This document shows, one piece after another, positions 20,217 through 27,028 of a stretch of DNA of 32,000 nt (within the stretch, counting starts at the first letter, position 1; the number at the start of each line of letters is the position of its first letter). The translations under genes were made by a program, and so were the position numbers. The DNA lies in NCBI RefSeq assembly GCF_051201565.1, contig NZ_CP179200.1, positions 1,380,001-1,412,000 of the forward strand, given 5' to 3'. This DNA comes from Pseudothioglobus sp. nBUS_23 (GTDB lineage Bacteria; Pseudomonadota; Gammaproteobacteria; PS1; Pseudothioglobaceae). A model generated the notes under the pieces. The model was not told the origin of the DNA. It was given only the letters and a program-made list of their open reading frames with translations, and did no database searches.

Positions 20217-20939
20217 ATGGTTTCCTATCGACGAATCTTACTTAAATTGAGTGGTGAAGCGCTCTCAAGTAGCAATCAAAACATAGACTCTGAAATGCTG
20301 AAGAAGGTTGTAAGCATTGTTCAATCAGCACTTGATTTGGGTGTTGAAATTGCTATCGTTATGGGTGGCGGTAATTTGTATAGAGGGGCCAGTTTGTCTG
20401 CAGAAGGGATGGACAAGATTACTGGTGATCACATCGGAATGCTAGCAACTGTGATGAATGCGTTAGCTCTATCTGACGCATTTGAAAGAAACAAAATACC
20501 CTCAATGGTGATGTCTGGGTTTCCAATCGGAGGCGGCGTTTGTGAACCATTCAATCATTCCAAAGCAAAAAATGAACTAGCAAATGGCAAGGTTGTCATT
20601 TTCTCTGCTGGGACTGGAAGTCCATGCTTTACTACCGATACAGCAGCAGCACTCAGAGCGATTGAGATAGGTGCAGATATTGTCTTTAAGGCAACAAAAG
20701 TTGATGGCATATATTCTAGTGACCCTATGCAAGATCCATCAGCCATCAAATATGACTCGCTCACCTTTGACTCGGCAATCGAACAAAATATTAAGGTCAT
20801 GGATACAGCCGCTTTTGCCCTTTGCAGAGAAAATAACATAAAGATTTGTGTTTTTAGCATGTTGGAGGATAATTACTCCCTTGCAAATATAATTAAAGGT
20901 CATGCAATTGGAACAACTGTTAGTCAAACTGGAGATTAG
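20217..20939 (+). CDS. pyrH: UMP kinase
   Basis: 240 aa. Contains [21 protein letters not shown] and [13 protein letters not shown]. Confidence 0.95.
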   Translation: MVSYRRILLKLSGEALSSSNQNIDSEMLKKVVSIVQSALDLGVEIAIVMGGGNLYRGASLSAEGMDKITGDHIGMLATVMNALALSDAFERNKIPSMVMSGFPIGGGVCEPFNHSKAKNELANGKVVIFSAGTGSPCFTTDTAAALRAIEIGADIVFKATKVDGIYSSDPMQDPSAIKYDSLTFDSAIEQNIKVMDTAAFALCRENNIKICVFSMLEDNYSLANIIKGHAIGTTVSQTGD

Positions 20940-20941
20940 AG

Positions 20942-21499
20942 ATGATAAATGAAATTCATAGTGATGCAAATAGTCGAATGGATAAATCACTTGCCTCTCT
21001 TGAAAATGACTTCAGCAAAATTCGAGCTGGAAGAGCGCATCCATCTCTGCTTGAACAGGTTACTGTAGAGTACTATGGCGCAATGGTGCCTTTATCACAG
21101 GTCTCAAACATTACTGCAGAGGATGCAAGGACGTTGAAGGTTTCGCCTTGGGAAAAGGATATGGTTGGTCCGATTGAAAAAGCAATTTTGACTTCTGATT
21201 TAGGCCTTAATCCAAATACTCAGGGGCAGGTAATGCGTATACCCCTTCCACCTCTCACAGAAGATCGAAGAAGAGAACTCGTAAGGGTTGTTAGAGATGA
21301 AGCAGAAAATGCTAGAGTCGCAGTTAGAAATATTCGTAGAGATGCAATATCTGACTTTAGAGAGCTTCTCAAAGAAAAGGAAATTTCTGAGGATGAGGCT
21401 AGAAAGGCTGAAGACAATATTCAAAAAATTACTGACCAGCACATAGCATCAATTGACGGCTCTTTAAGCGACAAAGAGAACTCTCTACTTGAGATTTAG
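20942..21499 (+). CDS. frr: Ribosome recycling factor
   Basis: 185 aa. Contains [33 protein letters not shown]-like and RNIRRDA. Confidence 0.96.
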   Translation: MINEIHSDANSRMDKSLASLENDFSKIRAGRAHPSLLEQVTVEYYGAMVPLSQVSNITAEDARTLKVSPWEKDMVGPIEKAILTSDLGLNPNTQGQVMRIPLPPLTEDRRRELVRVVRDEAENARVAVRNIRRDAISDFRELLKEKEISEDEARKAEDNIQKITDQHIASIDGSLSDKENSLLEI

Positions 21500-21509
21500 A
21501 AAAGCTGAT

Positions 21510-23111
21510 CTATCTTTTTGAGCCAACACAATCGATATACTTTTGCCACCTATTCGCTGTGAATTCAGTTCCATTGGTCACTTGTGGCCCCACATTTCCA
21601 AGGTAACCACCGGCTAATGCTTTTTTGAATAGTTCAATATTACTCTCAGATAAACCTAGATTAACTTTGCAGTAATCGTGGATTGCCTCGGTTACAATTT
21701 CTCCAGAAATCGCTCCAACAAACTCTTCTTCTGCCAACTTATCTGTCGCCTCTTTAATGAGCTCCTCCGAAATAGTTGACTTATACTCTCCAGATAAATT
21801 GAACTCTTCTAACTCTGCAAGTAAGTCATCCTTGATCTTTGTAACTCTTTTTTCATAGGCTACTTTTGCTTGATAAGCAGCAGTTGATGCGGCAGCAGCA
21901 GCTTTTTCATCTTCTAACTTTTGCAGGAAAGCCTCAAGTGCAGCAGCTCTTGCCATTTCCTGTAATATTTCTGCCATCATCTCTGCAGAAGCTAGTTCTG
22001 CCTCGAGCTGTGCTTCAAATGCAGCGAGCTCTGCTTCTAATAGCGAGTCTCTATAGGCCTGAGTCGCAGCAGCAGCGGCCGCTCTTTCATGCTCTAACTT
22101 TTGCTGGAATGCAGCAAGTGCAGCAGCTCTTGCCATTTCTTCTTCAATCTCTGCCATCATCTCTGCAGCAGCTAGTTCTGCCTCGAGCTGTGCTTCGAAT
22201 AAAGCAAGCTCTTTTTCAATGGCTAGTTGTTCCATACGAGAGACTATTTCAGCATCTCTAGCTAACTTGGATTGATAGGCAGCAGTTGATTTTGCAGCGG
22301 CCGCTCTTTCATGCTCTAACTTTTGCTGGAATGCAGCAAGTGCAGCAGCTCTTGCCATTTCTTCTTCAATCTCTGCCATCATCTCTGCAGCAGCTAGTTC
22401 TGCCTCGAGCTGTGCTTCGAATAAAGCAAGCTCTTTTTCAATGGCTAGTTGTTCCATACGAGAGACTATTTCAGCATCTCTAGCTAACTTGGATTGATAG
22501 GCAGCAGTTGATTTTGCAGCAGCGGCTCTTTCATGCTCTAACTTTTGCTGGAATGCAGCAAGTGCAGCAGCTCTTGCCATTTCTTCTTCAATCTCTGCCA
22601 TCATCTCTGCAGCAGCTAGCTTAGCCTGAATTGCAGCTTCTGAATCCGCAAATACAAAAATCATTTGCTCTGGATCTTCCTCAATTGATACAATCAAATC
22701 TGAACATGGGACAACAAAATCCATAACAAACTCTTCAATTGTTAAAACATTCGAGCCTTTTCCTACGAGTTTGTCACCAATTGAAAAGGATCTAAAACCT
22801 GTTTCAGCAGTTTGATAATAAGTGAGCTGTTTTTTTTCTGAGTCATAGGACTCAACAATTGCCTTAACATTGCTTGAGCTCATTATTTCATCACCTTGAT
22901 TAAATGAACCTTCTCCCTTAAGTAGCATCACTGAGGTTATGTTGTCATCTTCATCGATATCAGTTTCTAGCTGATCAAAACAGGGGTCTTTCATCAAAAC
23001 CATATCTAGCTCTTCCTGAAGTACAGAAATCTCATCACCCACAGAGTAAACAGAAGAAGACATTAGAAGGATAAAAAAGGAGGAAAGAAAGCTACTAAAA
23101 AATTTATTCAT
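21510..23111 (-). CDS. Uncharacterised secreted protein: signal peptide, ~140-aa N-terminal domain, four Ala/Glu-rich helical repeat modules, and a two-Cys C-terminal domain (downstream paralogue)
   Basis: 533-aa ORF with signal-like N-terminus MNKFFSSFLSSFFILLMSSSVYS|VG. The 74-aa module AAAEMMAEIEEEMARAAALAAFQQKLEHERAAAAKSTAAYQSKLARDAEIVSRMEQLAIEKELALFEAQLEAEL is repeated exactly. The C-terminus CKVNLGLS...NGTEF...RW..Y.DC is shared with the neighbouring gene. No family recognised. Confidence 0.8.
   Translation of the reverse strand: MNKFFSSFLSSFFILLMSSSVYSVGDEISVLQEELDMVLMKDPCFDQLETDIDEDDNITSVMLLKGEGSFNQGDEIMSSSNVKAIVESYDSEKKQLTYYQTAETGFRSFSIGDKLVGKGSNVLTIEEFVMDFVVPCSDLIVSIEEDPEQMIFVFADSEAAIQAKLAAAEMMAEIEEEMARAAALAAFQQKLEHERAAAAKSTAAYQSKLARDAEIVSRMEQLAIEKELALFEAQLEAELAAAEMMAEIEEEMARAAALAAFQQKLEHERAAAAKSTAAYQSKLARDAEIVSRMEQLAIEKELALFEAQLEAELAAAEMMAEIEEEMARAAALAAFQQKLEHERAAAAAATQAYRDSLLEAELAAFEAQLEAELASAEMMAEILQEMARAAALEAFLQKLEDEKAAAAASTAAYQAKVAYEKRVTKIKDDLLAELEEFNLSGEYKSTISEELIKEATDKLAEEEFVGAISGEIVTEAIHDYCKVNLGLSESNIELFKKALAGGYLGNVGPQVTNGTEFTANRWQKYIDCVGSKR
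21873..22121. repeat. Dispersed repeat copy 1, shared with 23470-23718 in the paralogous gene
   Basis: Gap-free hand alignment at a constant offset of 1597 nt gives about 20 mismatches in about 250 nt. The shared sequence includes gctttttcatcttctaacttttgcaggaaagcctcaagtgcagcagctcttgccatttc... and ctagttctgcctcgagctgtgcttcaaatgcagcgagctctgcttctaatagcgagtctctataggc. Confidence 0.85.
22081..22619. repeat. Near-perfect 222-bp (74-codon) tandem repeat, about 2.4 copies, inside the 533-aa gene
   Basis: The string gctctttcatgctctaacttttgctggaatgcagcaagtgcagcagctcttgcc... recurs at 22081, 22303 and 22525. Copies 1 and 2 differ only at a few nt at the unit junction (gcagcggcc vs gcagcagcg). Copy 3 is identical for about 95 nt and then diverges. 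Confidence 0.95.
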
Positions 23112-23126
23112 TTGAAGATTATAAAT

Positions 23127-23158
23127 AAAAAAACCCAGAGCAAGCTCTGGGTTTTTTT
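23127..23158 (-). terminator. Strong symmetric intrinsic terminator (A7-CCCAGAG-CAAG-CTCTGGG-T7) between the two repeat-protein genes
   Basis: 7-bp GC-rich stem 23134-23140/23145-23151 with a 4-nt loop, flanked by an A7 run and a T7 run, so a T-tract follows the stem on either strand. It lies 56 nt after the stop of the 338-aa gene. Confidence 0.85.
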
Positions 23159-23214
23159 AATTTTGAACTAAAGTTATGTTAAATCATCATAACAAAAGAC
23201 TCTAGCCTTATAAG

Positions 23215-24231
23215 TTAGAATGGATTGACATAATTACTTACGCAGTTTGCATAAGCATCCCATCTACTGGCACCAAACTCTGTACCATTTGAACTCTGAG
23301 GACCTTTATTGAATAAGGTTCCATCAGCCAAAGCAGTTTCGAAAAGAGCAATGTTGGCATCGGATAAGCCCAGAGCATACTTGCATGCTTCATGAGCCTC
23401 TTCAGTTACCACTATCACCTCATCTTCTACCACGAGTTCTCCAATCACTTCATCCTCAAGAGATGCTCTATAGGCAGCAGTTGCCGCAGCAGCAGCAGCT
23501 TTTTCATCTTCTAACTTTTGCAGGAAAGCCTCAAGTGCAGCAGCTCTTGCCATTTCTTCTTCAATCTCTGCCATCATCTCTGCAGCAGCTAGTTCTGCCT
23601 CGAGCTGTGCTTCAAATGCAGCGAGCTCTGCTTCTAATAGCGAGTCTCTATAGGCTTGAGTTGCAGCAGCGGCAGCGGCTCTTTCATCCTCTAACTTTTG
23701 TTGGAATGCAGCGAGTGCCATTTCTCTTTCAATCTCAGCCATCATTTCTGCAGCAGCAGCCTCGGCAGCAAGTTGCGCTTCGAAAGCAGCTATTTCTTTT
23801 TCAATTTCAATTTCTGCCATACGAGCAGCAATCTCAGCGTCTCTGGCTAACTTAGATTGATAAGCAGCAGTTGATTTTGCTGCAGCAGCACGCTCTTCCT
23901 CAAGTTTTTGTTGGAAAGCTTCAAGTGCAGCTTGTCTAGCCATCTCAGCCTCAATCTCAGCCATCATTTCTTGAGCAGCTAATTCAGCTTCAAGTTGCGC
24001 TTCAAAAGCGGCGAGTTCATTTTCAACTTTTTGTTCTGCAAGTGCAGCTTCCATTTCTGCTTTAAACGCATCAATTTCAGCTTTCGCTTGTTCTTCAGCA
24101 AGCTGGGCTTCAAATGCAGCTAATTCTTCATCAAGGTTTTCATAATAGACCTGATCCCTGTCATCGCCACCTGCATAGACATTAAGTGTCAAAAACAGAA
24201 GCGCTAAAAATTTTATTGATTTATTAATCAC
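23215..24231 (-). CDS. Uncharacterised secreted protein: signal peptide, Ala/Glu-rich helical repeat modules, and a two-Cys C-terminal domain (upstream paralogue)
   Basis: 338-aa ORF. GTG start (plus-strand cac at 24229-24231) preceded by AGGGGA 5 nt upstream. Signal peptide MINKSIKFLALLFLTLNVYA|GGDD. Repeated ELAAFEAQLEAELAAAEMMAEIE.EMAR.AALEAFQQKLE.ERAAAAA modules. C-terminus CKYALGLS...NGTEF...RW..Y.NC. Confidence 0.8.
   Translation of the reverse strand: MINKSIKFLALLFLTLNVYAGGDDRDQVYYENLDEELAAFEAQLAEEQAKAEIDAFKAEMEAALAEQKVENELAAFEAQLEAELAAQEMMAEIEAEMARQAALEAFQQKLEEERAAAAKSTAAYQSKLARDAEIAARMAEIEIEKEIAAFEAQLAAEAAAAEMMAEIEREMALAAFQQKLEDERAAAAAATQAYRDSLLEAELAAFEAQLEAELAAAEMMAEIEEEMARAAALEAFLQKLEDEKAAAAAATAAYRASLEDEVIGELVVEDEVIVVTEEAHEACKYALGLSDANIALFETALADGTLFNKGPQSSNGTEFGASRWDAYANCVSNYVNPF
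23470..23718. repeat. Dispersed repeat copy 2, shared with 21873-22121
   Basis: Same alignment as for 21873-22121. Confidence 0.85.
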
Positions 24232-24319
24232 GTTAATCCCCTAAAAGAGTTAAAAGTAACATATATATGTATCTACACTTTATTTTATACTAGATATATT
24301 TTGCTGAAAGATCTAATTC

Positions 24320-25285
24320 ATGAAATTATTTGAAGATAAGTTTGAGTCATTTTTTAGTGATACAGAACTCCAAAAATTCAAGGAAGAGTGCCTGCGAAAA
24401 AGCCTTATGGCGTTCAACATTAAGAATGGCAATGTCCCTAAATGGACTGATGCATTAAACAAGTTAAATTCTACTAAAAAGGGCGAATTAGGTCTAAATG
24501 ATCCATATATATCAATCAAAAATATTGACTCCTCTTCAGAAAATATTGAAACCAATTTGAAGCAATTATTACCCTGGCGAAAAGGTCCATTTATTCTCAA
24601 TAATTTAAAATTAGAGAGCGAGTGGATTGGAGACTTAAAATGGCAACGTATCAAAAACAAGATTAAACCGCTCAAAAATAAACGGGTTCTTGATGTAGGT
24701 GCTGGAAACGGATATTTCACAATTAGGATGGCCCTTGAAGGTGCAAGTAAGGCGCTTGGAGTTGAACCTTTTCTGTTATTCAATTATCAATTTGCAGCAA
24801 TCGATACTTTGACTAAAAGCAACTCAAACTCAATGCTGATTCCATTAAGGCTCGAAGAATTACCAAATATGCCTATATTTGAAAGTGTGTTTTCTATGGG
24901 GGTACTCTATCATCAGAGAGATCATTTGGAGCACCTATCTAAGCTAAAAAAAATGATGGCGCCGAACTCAGAACTGATACTTGAAACATTGATAGTTGAT
25001 GGTCAAAAAAACTACGCATTAATTCCTGAAGGAAGGTACGCAAACATGAGGAATGTTCATTGTCTTCCGAGCACTGAGACACTCAAGTCTTGGCTTTCTG
25101 ATGTGGGCTTTAGAAGTATAAAGCTTATAGATGTCTCTGTAACAACTCCTCAAGAACAAAGAAAAACCCCATGGATTGGAGATAACCCAGCATCACTTGA
25201 GGATTTTCTTGATCCTTCTAATCCGTCACTAACAATTGAAGGTTATCCAGCGCCAAAGCGAGCAATACTTACATGCAGCAACTAA
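24320..25285 (+). CDS. cmoB: tRNA U34 carboxymethyltransferase
   Basis: 321 aa, collinear with E. coli CmoB at LLPWRKGPF, WIGDLKW, VLDVGAGNGY, FSMGVLYHQRDHLEHL, LETLVIDG, YANMRNV and EGYPAPKRAIL. Confidence 0.93.
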   Translation: MKLFEDKFESFFSDTELQKFKEECLRKSLMAFNIKNGNVPKWTDALNKLNSTKKGELGLNDPYISIKNIDSSSENIETNLKQLLPWRKGPFILNNLKLESEWIGDLKWQRIKNKIKPLKNKRVLDVGAGNGYFTIRMALEGASKALGVEPFLLFNYQFAAIDTLTKSNSNSMLIPLRLEELPNMPIFESVFSMGVLYHQRDHLEHLSKLKKMMAPNSELILETLIVDGQKNYALIPEGRYANMRNVHCLPSTETLKSWLSDVGFRSIKLIDVSVTTPQEQRKTPWIGDNPASLEDFLDPSNPSLTIEGYPAPKRAILTCSN

Positions 25286-25340
25286 TTAATCGATGATTTA
25301 CTCAATCAGCGTATAATTTACCTTCACTTTGAGGCATGCT

Positions 25341-26246
25341 ATGAAATTTCGACTTATACTCGGTTTAATCTTTGTTGTTTTATTTAAAAGTATTTATGCT
25401 CAATCAACACCTCAAGTTGTAGTTAGCATAAAGCCAATTCATAGTATCGTTGAATCTCTGATGGACGGCATTGCCTCTCCTGAACTTCTTCTAAAGTCTA
25501 ATAACTCCGCGCATACTTTTCATCTCAAGCCCTCACAGATCAGAATGATTGAAGATGCCGACTTGGTAGTCTCGATTGGTGACCAATTTGAAATTGGACT
25601 TCGCAAAGCACTTAAAAATTTAAACAGTAAGAATCGAGTTGAAATCATGAGTCTCAATAATCTTGTCATTCATCAATACAGGGCTGATAAGATCTATGAG
25701 AAAGATCATCAGGAACATGATCAGGAAACTTCAACTTACGATATGCACTTATGGCTAGATATTAGCAACATGAAAAAAATAGCCCATCATATCTATTTAT
25801 TGTTAGTTGATGTCGATCCAGTTAACACAAGCAGATACAATCAAAATCTGCAATTATTAACTTCAAAGCTTGATGCTTTGGAAACAGAAATCGAGGCACA
25901 AATGCATCCATTTTCATCAAAAATCTATGCAACCTTCTCAGATACTATTCAATATTTTGAAAAAAAATATCGATTAGGAAGGCCAGTGATAGTAACGCCT
26001 TATCACGGTGCAAGACTCAGCATCAACAGAACTCTTGCATCAAAAAATACGATGAATGATTTTGAGGTTTCGTGTCTCATTTATGGCACAGAAGTTAGAA
26101 AAAGTCAGATATCTGTCTTGTCTGAGGGACTTAATCTTAAAGTCCATAGAATAGACATTCTTGGCCAGGAATTTAGTGCGGGTCCTGAACAGTATTTTAA
26201 TTTAATGAAGAAAATTTCAAATCAGGTTGCCTCATGTCTCAAGTAA
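25341..26246 (+). CDS. ZnuA-like periplasmic metal-binding protein (cluster A-I solute-binding protein)
   Basis: Signal peptide MKFRLILGLIFVVLFKSIYA|Q. Shows VVVSIKPIHSIV, SAHTFHLKPSQ, an acidic/His-rich loop KDHQEHDQETSTYDMHLWL, YFEKKY, and a C-terminal NQVASCLK resembling E. coli ZnuA NQYASCLK. The ATG at 25341 is preceded by GAGG. The track begins at an upstream TTG (25329). Confidence 0.8.
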   Translation: MKFRLILGLIFVVLFKSIYAQSTPQVVVSIKPIHSIVESLMDGIASPELLLKSNNSAHTFHLKPSQIRMIEDADLVVSIGDQFEIGLRKALKNLNSKNRVEIMSLNNLVIHQYRADKIYEKDHQEHDQETSTYDMHLWLDISNMKKIAHHIYLLLVDVDPVNTSRYNQNLQLLTSKLDALETEIEAQMHPFSSKIYATFSDTIQYFEKKYRLGRPVIVTPYHGARLSINRTLASKNTMNDFEVSCLIYGTEVRKSQISVLSEGLNLKVHRIDILGQEFSAGPEQYFNLMKKISNQVASCLK

Positions 26247-27019
26247 GGAGCAGTTTTAATAAAGCTTCAAGCATCTACAATGAGAATGCATTTCTTCAAA
26301 ATGAGATTGCAAAAAGACTTGCTGAGAAACTAAAAGTCATCTCTATTCAGCCAGAAACCATTATCGATCTTGGATCAGGTACGGGCTTTCTTAGCGAGAA
26401 AACCTCTTCGATATTTCCTGATGCACAGTTAGTTTGTATCGATTTTGCACAGCGCTCGTTGAGTATGAATTCCCAAAAACTTAAAGTTTGTGCTGACTCA
26501 TGCCAGCTCCCTTTAAAATCAAATAGTGTAGATTTTGTTGTTTCAAACCTTATGATGCAGTGGTGCAGTGATTTAAAGACACTTTTTGATGAGTGTCACA
26601 GAGTGCTTAAACCTCAAGGTTTAATATTATTTACAACGTTTGGTCCTGAAACACTAAAAGAGTTGAAGAGAAGTTGGTCTGTGGTTGATAGCAGTCCTCA
26701 TGTAAATGAATTTATTGACATGCATGATATTGGTGACCAGATGATTCAGTCAGGCTTTCAGAGCCCCATCATGGAGATGGAAAAGCTTACTCTGACCTAT
26801 GAAAAAGTTCTAGACTTGATGAGGGATCTCAAAGGGATAGGTGCTCAGAGTGTTGAAAATAGATCAAAGTCGCTGACTGGAAAAACCAAATTTAAGAAGA
26901 TGTTAGAGATGTACGAAAGCTATCGTGAGAACGGAAAAATTCCTGCGACTTATGAGGTTATCTATGGGCATGCTTGGAAAAACGACGTTAAGTTTGAAGC
27001 CATTTCATTGGAGAATTAA
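26234..27019 (+). CDS. bioC: Malonyl-[acyl-carrier protein] O-methyltransferase
   Basis: 261 aa. SAM motif IIDLGSGTGF. BioC-typical FNKASSIYNENAFLQ, SNLMMQWCSDL, RVLKPQGLILFTTFGPETLKEL..SW, LKGIGA and ATYEVIYGHAW. Overlaps the preceding gene by 13 nt. Confidence 0.85.
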   Translation: MSQVRSSFNKASSIYNENAFLQNEIAKRLAEKLKVISIQPETIIDLGSGTGFLSEKTSSIFPDAQLVCIDFAQRSLSMNSQKLKVCADSCQLPLKSNSVDFVVSNLMMQWCSDLKTLFDECHRVLKPQGLILFTTFGPETLKELKRSWSVVDSSPHVNEFIDMHDIGDQMIQSGFQSPIMEMEKLTLTYEKVLDLMRDLKGIGAQSVENRSKSLTGKTKFKKMLEMYESYRENGKIPATYEVIYGHAWKNDVKFEAISLEN

Positions 27020-27028
27020 TTAATCCAG

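Noticed and set aside
21500-21509. Searched for a terminator between the convergent frr and 533-aa genes
   Set aside because: Only 10 nt separate the two stop codons and no hairpin is present, so there is nothing to annotate. 3'-end transcript overlap is possible but unremarkable in compact genomes.
21866-22483. Plus-strand ORFs of 131 aa and 65 aa (Gln/Leu/Pro-rich, partly duplicated) antisense to the 533-aa repeat gene
   Set aside because: They mirror the GCN/GAR-rich repeat codons on the opposite strand, which rarely give stops in the antisense frame. They repeat only because the DNA repeats, have no start context, and show no protein-like features.
22081-22619. Possibility that the regular repeats are a CRISPR array or satellite
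   Set aside because: The units are 222 bp and contiguous with no spacers. They are in-frame inside a long ORF and encode identical helical modules, so this is a coding tandem repeat.
23385-23855. Plus-strand 156-aa ORF antisense to the 338-aa repeat gene
   Set aside because: Same compositional artefact as above. The minus-strand ORF has a signal peptide, a Shine-Dalgarno and a paralogue.
24313-24783. Minus-strand 156-aa ORF
   Set aside because: It lies entirely inside cmoB, whose plus-strand product matches CmoB motifs along its full length. The antisense product is low-complexity with no recognisable features.
25286-25340. Zur box upstream of the ZnuA-like gene
   Set aside because: No sequence resembling the AT-rich Zur palindrome (GAAATGTTATAWTATAACATTTC as I recall it) is present. 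Only a TATAAT-like hexamer was seen.
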